DNA of 63,459 nucleotides, counting the filler, from Asterionella formosa (taxonomy: Eukaryota): the NCBI GenBank assembly GCA_002256025.1. It is 6 parts of 6 records of this genome, joined end to end, with 100 filler letters (N's around TTAATTAATTAA, not from the genome) between each part and the next. Parts side by side here need not be neighbours in the genome. Positions count along the whole stretch, not along the records: positions 10,604 to 21,102 come from NKIB01009443.1; positions 21,203 to 31,694 come from NKIB01009454.1; 4 more parts are not named here. One strand, given 5' to 3'. Every line of letters begins with the position of its first letter. Position 1 is the stretch's first letter. A model generated the notes under the pieces. That model saw only the letters and a program-made list of their open reading frames with translations. It had not been told where the DNA came from and ran no database searches. This document shows positions 11,481-24,090 of the stretch, in pieces. The position numbers and the translations under genes were made by a program.

Positions 11481-13790
11481 TGATCTGCTGGTCCTATGCT
11501 GGGTGTGGGGGTGCCACAGCTTCTGCCCATAAGCCTGTATTTTTGATCGGCAATCATACAACTTCCAACCGTGCGAGGCACTCTCCGGGTTGGCAATTAA
11601 AGAGCCGTCCGAGGCCAAGACTACATGGCCAGAACCTAGGTTTTCCCTGAAAAGAACCAGGTCCCTGGGAAGAACAAAGTCCCCCATCGCCTATTCCAGG
11701 AAAGATTTGGAGGTGTTTGAGAAGTGTTGAGTTTGTGATAGCAGCCGTTGTTGTGATCCATAATATTGTCCAAAGGTTCGAGGAACTCCGCCTGTCCAGG
11801 GATATCCTGTTATCTCATAATACTTGGTGGAAGTTTTATGAATTGAAACTGGAATTAAATGTTGAGGTTGTGTAAAAGTCACATTATATGTACGAGAGTG
11901 AACTTGTGCTGAGTTGCATTGTGAATGAACCAAAAAGATTCCTTCCTCTGTTTGTCGGATTAAATCCATAGTTGTCCCATCCAAATGGAAACTCCATTTT
12001 TGATGCTTACAGGCTTGGGTTAGCCATGGTCCTAATGGTTTTCGAAGTTTATGCATTGCACTTGATGTACATAGCTAAGCATCTTAAAAGCATCTTCTTC
12101 ATAACCTCCATGCTAAGGGGGAAGGACGGTCCTTCTTAGTCCATTCCAACGTGCTTGTTCTATCAGGACAACACTGTCACTGGAGATAGTCCACAATGAT
12201 CTTGGTGCCAGAGCCATCTGTTAGGTCTGCAACGGTTATTACCTGTAGGAACAAGCGACATGCATTCAGTTGCTTTAATTATTTGGGCTGCAGATTTAGA
12301 TGTTTGCTGTGAAAAATGTCCATAATGCACTTGCAATTTGTCTGTTGTGGTTGTAGTTCCCAGGCATCCTCAATGTGGATCGTTGCCTTTATGTGCTTGG
12401 TGAAATTCCACAAGGATGTCAGCCAATTTGATTCAACTTATTTCAGGGGATACTCTATATTGGAAAGGAAAGGTTTTTTCGGAAACACCCATGTGAAGTT
12501 GCAGTTTTTCAAGTAGGACATGCACAAGCTGAGCGAGCTCGTTGTCATGGCGGAGTTGCCCCAAGAACATTTGAAGTTGTGCGATTCCTTGGTCGGTGTA
12601 TGTGTCAGTGAAACCAAAAGTGCCCAGGTTTGGCGGGCCGTAGAACAGAAATCATTTAGTCATTTTGTTAAAACCCATGCGCGTTAACAGAGTGGGCATA
12701 TAAGATCTGTCTATTTGTTGACACTGTTGAAAGGTGAAGGCTGAGGAGCACAAAGAGTATTTCATTGCTGGTTGGAGCATTGTTTGGTAGGCAAAGAGAA
12801 CCTCATGGCGCTTTTTTTTTCTTGTATTCATCTTGGTTGTTGCCCTCCGGGGATAACATTGCGCCGAGGTTACGGGGACCATCTTTAGCGTCTTTTGGGG
12901 GAATTTTTGTTAGAGTAGTATAATCATTTCCAGACGTTAGGTTGATTTCGACATTTCTTTCATCTTTACTCATTAATGAATATTCATCGTTATAAAACTT
13001 CCAATCCAGAGCCACAAAAAAGCACTTTTCTAACGAAGCCAAAACTCCCCCTGTGGTGTATAACAACTGTTCCCAGAACTGTGCTATATCCTCCATTTCC
13101 GCTGCTGGGTGATGTAATTTTTATTGTCAATGGCAAGGAAGAGCTCAGTGTCATCCACATAAGTTTCTGCTGCCCGTGATTGGCTTCTTGTTCTTCTGGG
13201 ATTGCTGAAAGACAAACCTGGAGACCGCTTAGAGATTGCTCCTAATGACACGCATGCAATTGCTAGCCATTGGCTTTGAGATGCCCCCGACCCCTGTAAT
13301 GTGGTGCCAAGGACCCAGTCCTGAACATTGTTGAAGGAATCTTCAGATATACCAAGAGCTGTCCTCAACCTGTATTTCATGTGCTCCAGAGAACTAAGGA
13401 GTGCTTTGTCAGAGTTTTCACTGGCACCCAGGCGTCTCAATGCTACAGCGCCAACTGATGGGATCATCTGGTCAAAAGCAGCTTTCCCATCATTGTTGAA
13501 AATTATCGCAACCTTCTTGCAGATCCGGATCCCATCATATGTCAGCCTTTTCATTGTAATTGCGTCCGAAGAGGATCGGTTGGGTCTTGATCCCCATTGT
13601 CAGGGTGATATTGTTTTCCGGTGGCCAAAGACTATTCGTAGTACCATGTTTAAGTCGGCCTCTATTGGCTGAATGTCCCTCAGCTTATTCAATCTGGGGG
13701 TCCCCATCAACTTCTCGAGCATCACCTGTAATGCATTGGTCCACCTTTGGATAGCGGATTTGTCATATCCCTTCCTTAAGACCAAATATG
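11480..13790 (-). mobile_element. Degenerate Ambal-like non-LTR retrotransposon (RT plus RNase H start)
   Basis: Motifs LQVMLEKLMGTPRLNKLRDIQPIEADLN, NNDGKAAFDQMIP, LQGSGAS, YVDDT, AQFWEQLLYTTGG and RNase H VLASDGS. Multiple frameshifts. Confidence 0.85.
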
Positions 13791-15050
13791 TAATGAACAA
13801 AATGATTATTGCCACAAGAAGATCTCTTGCAGTACACTATAATCACATAGGCACAGCCACTCAATATACAATGGGTGACAATTGCCGCTGTAAGTGTCTC
13901 CACCACAATCCATTCGTGGATTGTCATCAACATCCACAATAACAGCACTCACATTGGTTGGATGGAGTTCATGTGTTTTGAATCGAATGAGATTTTGAAT
14001 TGTTGGAAAATCCCAATATGAAAGAGATTTGAACTCCTCAATTTCTTTTTTGAAATGTAACAACTTATAAGTCTTTGCAGCATAAGTACAGACTTCTTGG
14101 GGAGTTCGAGAATAAAGTTCTTCCCATTGCTCGATTTGTGGCTTCGTTTCGGGAATGTTCATGTACATGAAGGTTCGAATAGGAGACATGAGTTGACGTA
14201 ATTGAAATGAAATTTTCTCTATATATGAATTGCCCTCGGGATTCTCCATGATGGAATTATTGACAGAATCTTTTTCAGTTTCATATGATTCAATAAAAAT
14301 AACATTTCGATCATCCCGGTCATGATTGGGCATAACAAATTGGGAAAGGTCCAACATAGTCTGGCTGATTATGGTATTTTTGTTCTTCAACAAATTGATC
14401 TCTTCCATAATATCCTGATCAGAAGTTTAATTTCGAAAACAGGTTGATCTTCAGTAGCATGAACAAAGATTCCTTTATTGTAATCGGGATGTTCCTCTTC
14501 ATGACCAATCCTTGAAGAATTATAATTGTCTAGAATCTTTTCATTACTTGATATTTTTGTCTTTCTTGGAAGAACCACAGAATCTATCTCCATCCATCAG
14601 GTAATCTGGGGTAGAGTTGTTGACATTTTATGTATTAGGAAGGTTAGCCTCTAAATGTAGAGGTACCCTTGTCTCATTACGGGACATATTGTGCATTATC
14701 TTGAGAGATCGACTGGCTTCTTCTTCTCGATTTGGTGAACAATCAATAAGAATAGCCCGCTGCTTTGCATTGGAAAAAATGGTTCAAATGTTTTGAACTC
14801 GCCATAGAAGATGACCTCTCTGATAAATGCATTGGGGCAACTATGGAATTAACATATGAACTCTTTTTTCTGGATAATTGTAAACCTTCTCGAAATCATC
14901 AGATTTGGAAGGAAACAGACATGTGCTGAAACCGATTCAATGAGTCGTTTCAATTTCTTCCTCGATGTTAAGACGTCTTCTAGTGTAAACCCAAATAGAC
15001 TGTCCTCTTTGTCATTCCGAATGTTCTTGTTATGTTACATATCAACTTTG
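13763..15050 (-). pseudogene. Fragment of an unknown repeated protein family (copy A)
   Basis: WEELYSRTPQEVCTYA..YWDFPTIQNLIRFKTHELHPT..YVIIVYCKRS..NNHFVHY is collinear with copy B at 22460-23800. Confidence 0.55.
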
Positions 15051-15083
15051 ATTGGTATTCATATGACGAGTCATGCAGTATGA

Positions 15084-18000
15084 TTACGCGAAATGATAAA
15101 CAATGCAATGAAACGGAGTTCGATTACTATCAATGGACGATGCTCCTGATGAAATATGTAGTATACTATGAATAGTAGCTCGAGCTGCATATGATGCAGC
15201 TGCAAAACATGTATCCACAATGTTCTGAGCTTGAAATTCATTGATTGGAGGATGAGCCTTTAACAAAACTTGAAGACTGTTACTGATAGATTGATGTAAA
15301 CATTAGCAGATAGCATTTGCTTGTGGATTCTTGACTGTATTAGTAGTCACATCTTTGATTCCATTCAACACTAAGCCAACATGTGTAAGAAAGGAACACC
15401 AGTGAATTCACCTCCATTTTCATGTATACCACGTTCTGGATGGGGATATCTGGCTGACCAATCATTTTCAAATTTCATCGCAATATATTCTGATGTTTAA
15501 TTATTGATACGTGAAATTTCTGCTAAATTGGTGACTGTGTCAATACAAGTTAGAGCACGAAATTCAATCGCTTGATCAGCCATTGTTATCTTTCATGGAT
15601 CAATTAGATCCACTACGACTTCTGACCATGGTAATAACAATGCATTCCTGGGTGGAAGTTCACCAAAACCAGGACCAGGTAATTTTGTATGTTGACATGC
15701 TTCACATATGCCTACAATATGTTCCACTCTTGCTTTTAATGTAGGGTGCTGATAAAAATGTGTAGCAATTGTAGCATTGAATCTTGTCATACCCACCACA
15801 TGAGCTAACATCTGATGATACCAATTAATAATAGGATCCAATAGTGATGTAGGAATAGCAATACGCCTAGTATCTCCTGGATTCTTCACAAAACATTTTA
15901 AATTTATTATATCATGAAAATTGAAAGAGGGAAATTTTAACGGATGTGTTTGCTGATTGAGAATCAATTGTATATCATGTATTGAATTATAATCCAGAGG
16001 ATATTGAATATTGTCTGCAAAGATTGGAAGATTGAGGAAACAGGTAAGCAAAGGTTCATCATCTAATTCAATTGAAAAGGTAGAAGTGGATGTTGATGCT
16101 GGAGATTTTGGTCCAATATCATCCCCCACCAAAGACTGAAGCCTCGGGAGGCGAGAGATGGAATCTGCAATAGCATTGTCAGTCCCTTTCACATAGTGAA
16201 AAGTAGGATGATATTCTTCAATATAAAGTCTCCACCGTAGAACACGTTGAGTGTTTAAAGTATTATAAATAAGATTTCGATGACCAGTGCGAACATATAG
16301 AACTGCACCCAATAACATAGAGAAAAATTCGTTGAAAGTTTCTACTACAGAAAGTAATTCTTTTTCAATAGTAGTATAATTCTTTTGAGCAGCAGATAAT
16401 TTGCGAGAATAAAAAGCAACTGGGAGATCATTTTGCATAATGACTGACCCTAATTGATAATCAGAGGCATCAGTAAAGATATGAAAAGGAAGATGATGAT
16501 CAGGATAACGCATGCATGAGTGTATCTGCAACTAACAATGCTTTCATTTAATCAAAAGCTTGTTGATGTATAGGTAACCAGACAAATGTACTAGTTCCAA
16601 TTAAATCCGTAAGTGGTCCAAGAACATGAGATCGTCTAGGAAACATGTCTCGAAAGTAAGTAACAGCACCGAGAAACGATCTGACTTTGTTTAAGATTGG
16701 TAGGTGAAGACATATTAATCAATGCTCAGACCTTCTTAGACCAAGGTTTCAGTCCATTAGGATGTAACCAATAGCCTAACCAATCTGTATCTTGGACTGC
16801 CCATTCACACTTAGATGGATTAATTGTAAAACAATTTGCCTGTAAACGATGTAAAATAGTGTCCAATAAATGAAGGTGATCCGAAAAAATTCATTGAAAA
16901 ACAACCCACACCATCAATATAAATTTCCATATCATCTAAATCACTAAGAACTTGTTTCATAGTTTCTTGTTCCACTATAGGGAGACGTAAATATTTATAA
17001 AAACCAAATGGAGTGGAAATAACGCACAAATTTTGACTCTTCACATCCAATGCAAAGGTATAATATTGCATAGAAACATCTAATTTGGTGAAAAATAAAT
17101 ATCCAGCACGTTTAGTGAGAATAGTTTGTATTCGAGGTAAAGGGTATATATTGCGATTAATGACTTTATTGAGTTCACGAAAATCTGACACTCATCGGAC
17201 ACTTCCATCCTTTTCAGGAAAAATAATTCAGTAAAAGGAAAAGTGGGAGACGCCCATTTAGAAGCACCACATTTCTGTAAGACTCCAATATCACACAACC
17301 GTTGTAATTCAGTTTTGAAAACTTCTAAATGAATATGAGCGACTGGATATGCTCGTTGATGACAAGGAATGGCATTTGATAATAATTCCAAGCAAATGTA
17401 CCTGTTTATGAAGATAAAATTTTAATTTTCCATAAAAAAATGTTTGATATTTTACCAATATAGTTTGCAAACATGATCGTTGCATTGTTGTCAAATGTTT
17501 CTGTTCACCAGCTTCAATTTCCAGCGCATATGAAGATTCCACAATCATAGGTGCATCAAAAAACAATAATACATCACGTAAACGTTCTCCATCATCAAAG
17601 AATGTGAGAGGATGCATATGTATCCATACAGGACATGGTTTTATTTACGAAATCAATGGTTAAACCAACTTGACGAAGGAAATCACGTCCTAAAATAGCA
17701 TCAAATGTGCATGAAATTTCCTGGTCAGATGTATTCTCGGTAGGATTGGCAGGTGGCACCACGGTTCCCCAACCGGATGGATGAGTATTATGACCCCATG
17801 CATTTAACATACAATTAAGTGGAACAGGCACAGGGTAAGCAGTGTCAGCATGGAAGTTTTCCGTGGGATTGCTGTGTGAGCCACCTACACGACCACCAAA
17901 ATGTCCTTGTCCATCGAAACTGGAACGGCCACATCCATTATGACGACCAGCCATGTGACCTGGTCAACCACCTTGAGTACGAGGATTCTGAAAACAATTG

Positions 18001-18200
18001 CCCCAAGTATGTGTACCTTCAGGATGTACCAGGCAAGGGCCACGATAATCATGGTATGTACGACTGATTTGTAGAGCTTGATGATGAACAGTCACTTGAC
18101 AATCCCATGCGCAACCGGCTGGGTTGACAATAGCACGCGCTCTTCCACAACCACTTGGAGTAAAATTATCGTTGTAGAATTGACAACTGACACGCTCATT
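15084..18200 (-). mobile_element. Degenerate Ty3/Gypsy LTR retrotransposon (gag knuckle, protease remnant, RT, RNase H, integrase)
   Basis: Gag-like CLVHPEGTHTWGNC; protease C-terminus DAILGRDFL; RT SDFRELNK..YPLPRIQ..FFTKLDVSMQYY with YIDG replacing YIDD; RNase H TDASDYQLG..VAFYSRKL..NYTTIEKELL; integrase HHCC and PWSEVVVDLI. RT-RH-IN order is the Gypsy order. Confidence 0.92.
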
Positions 18201-18229
18201 TTCTTGATGCATCACATGATTGCCTTCAG

Positions 18230-18560
18230 CAATTCCTTGTTGCTGTCGTTGTTCTGGTTTCAGCATCAACTGGAGTTGTACCTGTCTACGCATTTTCATT
18301 CCTTGTTGCTCCAGTTGTTCCGGTTTCCGCATCGACTGGAGTTGTACCTGTGCCCGCCTTTTCATTCCTTGTTCTTGTTGTCGTTGTTCCGGTTTCGGTA
18401 TCGACTGGAGTTGTACCTGTGCATGTCTTTTCATTCCTTGTTGCTCCAGTTGTTCCGGTTTCTGCATCTACTGGAGTTGTACCTGTGCATGCCTTTTCAT
18501 TCTTTGTTGCTGTCATTGTTCCGGTTTCCGCATTGACTTGAGTTGTGCCTGATGCCGCAT
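18230..18560. repeat. 63-69 bp minisatellite, about 5 copies
   Basis: Unit ttttcattccttgttgctccagttgttccggtttccgcatcgactggagttgtacctgtg... Unit lengths are multiples of 3 and the array is open in several frames. Confidence 0.9.
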
Positions 18561-19479
18561 TTTGATTGAAAAACCAAAAGCTACAGTGTTGAAATGCGTG
18601 CGAAAGGATTCTCTCATTCTCAGTGCACCACCAATACTGACAGTGGCATTGCCATGATCATTGGATGAAGATGTAGAAACATATGAGAATTCACTCCTCA
18701 CCACATACTCTTCATCACTACTGTCTTCATTGCGATTCTTCTTCATCGAAGAATTCATCTCAAATCAGAGGAGCTTTTCTGGTATACAAGTACAAGATGA
18801 AGGGCTGTGAGCACTAAATAGATTTAGTTGTGCATTGACTTCTATTGAAGATTCACTGCAAGTAGGTAGGTACACATGGCTACAGGTAAGCATTTGACAG
18901 GAGAGATTGCTATCACTTGCTCGTCCTGCTGCTATCTAAATAAATCTAAGTTTTGATAGAGAAAAGAGGTTTTGGGTGATTACCCAAAAATTAGATACAA
19001 GGAATCATGAGGGCTGCATCAGAAATATATTTACTTACAGCTTATTTATTTTAAAGAACAAAATTATTCACCAGATCTTGCGTGCTCCTATAATTTCAGC
19101 TGAAATGACGAATTTCACAACTCATGTACCTGTATGTGCTTATCACCGACACCAGGTACTCCCTCCCGGGAGTAATTAATACCGGGAAATACCGGTACTC
19201 TTTGGAAGGAAAACAGCGAGAGGCTGTGCACGACATACATCCGGCAGAAAAATTTATTTACTTTTCCGTCGAAACAACCAAATCAACTAAGTCAAGAAGT
19301 CGCTCAAATAAACAATAAACAACTTCAATTAAATTCAAGAGGAAATTGCCAATGCTTCACTGAAATTGGAAAGGATGTCGAACGATTGAATGAAAATGAT
19401 TCAAGTTTGACTTCATTTTATCTCTGGGGTAAATCAATAGATTACCATCCCAATGCACCACACAGATTCAAGCCAATTA

Positions 19480-19840
19480 TCGACCGGAGCTGGACACAAC
19501 GGCGGAGCTAAAATAGAAGGCATCCGCTATTATCAAGAGATGATTGGAGTCTTGCGGTGGGCGATAGAACTCGGTACTAGGATTGATATTGGCTGCAATG
19601 GAAGTGGCAATGCTGTCTTCTCACCTTGCGTTACCTAGAGAAGGACATCTTCAACAGGTTTATCATATCTTCGGATTCTTGAAAGCAAGACCTAAGCGAA
19701 CGTTGGCATTTGATCCCCAGCACCCTGATATTGATGAATCGAGATTTGTGAAATGTGATTGGCATGATTTTTATCGAGGGGCAAAAGAGCCAATTCCAGG
19801 GGATATGCCAGAAGCCCGTGGAAATGTGGTGTCAACACCG
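19480..19840 (+). mobile_element. Ty1/Copia (CoDi-type) reverse transcriptase C-terminal fragment
   Basis: GIRYYQEMIGVLRWAIELG.RIDI / MEVAMLSSHLALPREGHLQQVYHIFGFLK..FDP..DWHDFYRGAKEPIPGDMPEARG. It is cut at 19840 by a dispersed repeat. Confidence 0.9.
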
Positions 19841-20471
19841 TCTGCAAATAAAAACTATCATATTTCCATGATGCATCATAGGATTGTGATCATCTGATCA
19901 TAAATTTTCATTATATCATCTAATAATTTTGATAAATGCCTTTGTAATTTAAATAGTAACCCTTTTGACTACATAGCATATATTTAATTATTATATCTAT
20001 TGTTTCTATTTGATTCCTGTATTCGAATTTCTTGGTAGGATAATGTACCAGTTCAAGTAATGTAATTTGGCTCGTCATTTCCATCCGCCCCTCATCACTC
20101 CGATTTTTGCAACAACAACGAAATACTAGCGATGACAAGCGGAATGAAAGTTTGCGATAACGTGCGTCTTCAATTTGTTGGTCAAGTGATCTTTATATCT
20201 TCGAGTAATCGTCATGTGCAATGAACCTTTGTTCATAATCATTCAATTAAGAGTTTACAGGAGAGAAGAAACCATTCGAACTCGTAATGTTTCCGCACAC
20301 AGCGCACAAAGTATATCCGTTTCGTCCACTTCAGCATGACAATCTCGCCAATCAACCCGTAAACAAACACATTCTACTTGTTCTCGTTGACATTTTCAAA
20401 TCTCACATGATACTAAATCTACTATTGAGATTCAGCATAGAAGGAGATACGAAAATGTGCGTAACAGACTG
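19840..20471 (+). repeat. Dispersed ~630-bp non-coding repeat, copy 1
   Basis: Reverse-complement match along its whole length to 24821-25441 (e.g. aatcattcaattaagagtttacaggagagaagaaa), with scattered substitutions. Confidence 0.9.
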
Positions 20472-20820
20472 TTGGAAAAATGCGAGCTGACTGCCACAGA
20501 ACAGGAGTGAAGGGTATAGTAGACACGAGCGAGAACAGTACTACAGTTAAAACCGTACAGCCGCTACCAAGATTTACCTGGGCTGACGTGGTAAAAGGCA
20601 CAATGCAAGGAAAAGCAATCAGAGGTCAGGAAAAAATGTTAAAATGTAATGTGAGTAATAAGAGTGTTCGAGACCATTATCTCGAAACAATCCAGTTAGT
20701 AAAGTGAAAGTTTAAGTTTGACAACTTCCTCGTTGCTATCAATTTCATCAACTGTATTCGATTAACACAGTACTAGGTTCAAGGCCTACGATACAGTCGA
20801 ATACGGTAGTTGTTACAACA
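20470..20820 (+). mobile_element. Probable Copia-type LTR (351 bp)
   Basis: Begins TGTTG and ends CAACA. It cuts off the 630-bp repeat on the left and the PGRL1 frame on the right. No matching target-site duplication (cagac vs catat). Confidence 0.6.
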
Positions 20821-20822
20821 CA

Positions 20823-21102
20823 TATCTCGCCGCCATGCAGGCATACTTGAAAGGTGAACCGATGATGCCAGATGCTGAGTTTGACGCATTGAAGACGGAG
20901 CTCAAGGAAACTGGATCGAAGTTTGCAGTCTCAACATCTCCAAAATGCTAGATCGACACTGGAATTTGCACTGTCACATTGAAAGAAGACCAATTCAGAT
21001 CAAATCTTCTCTACCTTCCCGCCAATATTGTTCTCACAAGTGTTTGGCTTGGTATTGGTTTCGAACTCTTGTCGACTGTGTTGAGAATCAACCCGTTGTT
21101 CT
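20823..21102 (+). pseudogene. PGRL1: PGR5-like 1 (PGRL1) fragment with an in-frame stop
   Basis: YLAAMQAYLKGEPMMPDAEFDALKTELKETGSKFAVSTSPKC*IDTGICTVTLKEDQFRSNLLYLPANIVLTSVWLGIGFELL, with TAG at 20949-20951. The 5' part is replaced by the LTR and the 3' part runs off the contig. Confidence 0.75.
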
Positions 21103-21202
21103 NNNNNNNNNNNNNNNNNNNNNNNNNNNNNNNNNNNNNNNNNNNNTTAATTAATTAANNNNNNNNNNNNNNNNNNNNNNNNNNNNNNNNNNNNNNNNNN
21201 NN
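21103..21202. other. Artificial contig linker
   Basis: N44-TTAATTAATTAA-N44. Confidence 0.99.
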
Positions 21203-22459
21203 ATAGCACTGTTGGTCTTATGGTATCATATCTAGACAGCGTAAAATATTATATGTAGTGGCTGATGATTCATTTCATTGTAGCTAGCAACACCTGATTT
21301 TAAGATCATTGAACTTTAAGGAAGAGAACGACAACAGTTATCTAGTAGTACAATTTCTTAAAAAAACCATAAAGAGGTACATGGAACAAGCGACCTGTGG
21401 CAAATACTGCCGGTATGGAACAAAGAAGCAAGTACCAAAATGAGTTCACAAAAAAAAACGAATAGGCGATTATCCAAAGGAACCCAATCGGCGACAGGGA
21501 GTTAGTGGGGATACTACCCCATTGTCGATGGGGACACCATCACCTACTAGTACACAGGATCCCCTAATTAATACTGAAACCCACAATGACGTTTCTTTTT
21601 CAGTTGTTGATATAAGAAAAATGGCTCCTGTTGATGATACAATTAATAACTCCTGGATGCAGATGGACAACATGGTACTACCATATCATAAATTTTCTAA
21701 TCGCACAGACCAACAAGTACATGACAAACTGAGGGAAAAACACATTGCACTTGCCAAATGATATTATCAATTGGTCGATTAACTCAATCACTGCAAAGGT
21801 CGTAATTCGGTTTAAAACTCGTCCATACGAGGTTATCAAGAATCTTCTATTTCAGCAGCCTTATCAGAACATGGTCCTTCCCGCTCAGCTAAAATTGAAC
21901 CATCAATTGTCACAAACAAGGTTGTGAGTTATATTTTCAAGACCAAGAAGTTTTGCTTTGAACATGTAAGTTTGAGGTTATAGCTCGCGAATTGCAGGTA
22001 CTGTAAAACAGAATATCAATCTAATGTGCTTTTTTCTGGTCCCAAAAGAGAATCAAACATCCCGCCCTGCCTATCTGGTCCAAGTAGTTTGAAAGGCATT
22101 TCCAATCACAAACAGGATTGGTTTGCCCAATTTTGCCTAACTCAGCTATACACAATGAAACCGGAGTTACGCAAAGAAGTGGAGAGTGACCCAGAGCTTG
22201 CCGATTTCATATGGAATGGTTCTGATGCACTACTTCCGATGAATCAGACCATTGAACGTATCAACAAGGCATGTTTAGATTACATCAAATCAACATATGG
22301 TGGCATGTGCATTAAAAGGTTGAGAGAATGTCAGAATGTATTGAATAATCAATGTAAAGGGATCTTAGGTAAGTTCTTGCAGGGAGATGCTCTGAAAGCA
22401 TGATGCTTTGAGTAGATGATCAAATTCTTATCAAATATGTTTCAATTTAAAAATGCTAC

Positions 22460-23800
22460 TCTAAGGATAATGCACAAAATGGTTGTTTTCCTCCTCATCT
22501 GATCTTTTGCAATAAACAATTAGCACATAGTTACTGTCATGACAAAGTGGATAACAATCACCTTGGTATAAATACGGTTTGTTCTTACCTTTTTCTAGGT
22601 TCTCATCCAGATCAAATATAACCTTCCTTTACCTCAGTTGGATGAAGTTCATGAATTATATAATGGATCATAGAGGTAATTGTTTCAAGGTCCCAATATG
22701 CAATATCATTAAAATCTGAAGATGACTTTTTGATACCTTTGACTCCTCCATAAAATACAGAGGCATAATTGCATATTTCTTGTGGGGTATGTGTATGTGT
22801 GTACAAATCTTTCCATAATTTTAGTTGTCCATGCGTTTTCGGTAAACTCAAGGAAAATGCAGTTTGCTTTGGCATAATAACTCTACACATTTCACATGCT
22901 GACTCTTCACAAAAGTAAGCTAGCTGCCTTAAGGATTGTTCTCAATGATTTTACAAAGAAATTCTTTTTCTTCCACATTTCACATGCCGACTCTTCACAA
23001 AAGTAGCTGCCTTCGGGATTTTTCTTGATGATTTTACAAAGAAACAATCCTAATCGTTTTCTTCCATGTATGATTTGGAAAAAGATTCAATTTCCTGCTT
23101 CAAACTTTGTTCCCGACTCAGTGCATCAACTGTCTTAGCCAGCATCACATCTCTGTCTGCATTGATATTCTTGAATTCGTGGTCTTGATCTAGCTCGGAC
23201 TTTTTCTTGAATATCTTTTCTTTTAGAAATGCAGTAGGTTCTCTGCTTTCATGATGTTCATCTTGATGTTCTGGACGAATAATGAGACATTTCTTGGTTT
23301 TGAAACTTTTCAACCATTTCTTCTTCAGATGTGATGTCTCCTACATTTCCGCCGGTATTTTCATTCATCGAATGAAATTGATCATCAAATGAATGAGAAT
23401 CACTGAGTTCTTCTTCATTATCAGCGATGTCAGGAGAATGAGGAGCGAAATACAACACTGGAAGGAACTGTGACTCTGTAGGAATAGAGTCTTCATCCAC
23501 AAAGAACAACTGTTTGGGTTTCCTCTTCGAAAGCAATCTTTCCTTCTTTTCAATCTCTGCCACTATTGTATCAGCATCCTTCATTATTTTTTCTGGAGTA
23601 TTATGAATCTGATCAAATTCATCTGATCCCTCTTTGAGTGTATTCAAAGGAATCTTCGATTGATTTCATAAGTTTCTTCATCTTCTTTTCCGAAAACATA
23701 TTTTTAAGTCGGGTAGTGTAAACAACAGACGGATGTAAGTCATGTTTCTTGTTTGACTGATCCTTTCCATGAAATCCATGAAATGCCATTTGGAAAGCTG
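22460..23800 (-). pseudogene. Fragment of an unknown repeated protein family (copy B)
   Basis: VVYTTRLK..KKMKKLMKS..SDEFDQIHNTPEK ... WKDLYTHTHTPQEICNYA..YWDLETITSMIHYIIHELHPT..YVLIVYCKRS..NNHFVHY. Broken by stops, frameshifts and an ~85-bp duplication at 22886-23044. Confidence 0.55.
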
Positions 23801-23970
23801 TCAAAGGGCCAAAAGACTATGATGTAAAACAGTGGGTTGGAAATGCGGAGCTTTTCGCGGCGCTTGTGGTGGTACAACAGGTGTGATGTTGCTTGTTGTA
23901 ATTGTTGAACAGAAAACACAGTGTAATATGTATGTTGCGCCAGCGGTTATATATGTAGAGAGTGTTTACA

Positions 23971-24090
23971 CAATACAATACAATACAATACAATACAATA
24001 CAATACAATACAATACAATACAATACAATACAATACAATACAATACAATACAATACAATACAATACAATACAATACAATACAATACAATA
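23971..24090. repeat. (CAATA)24 microsatellite
   Basis: Perfect pentanucleotide array. Confidence 0.99.
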
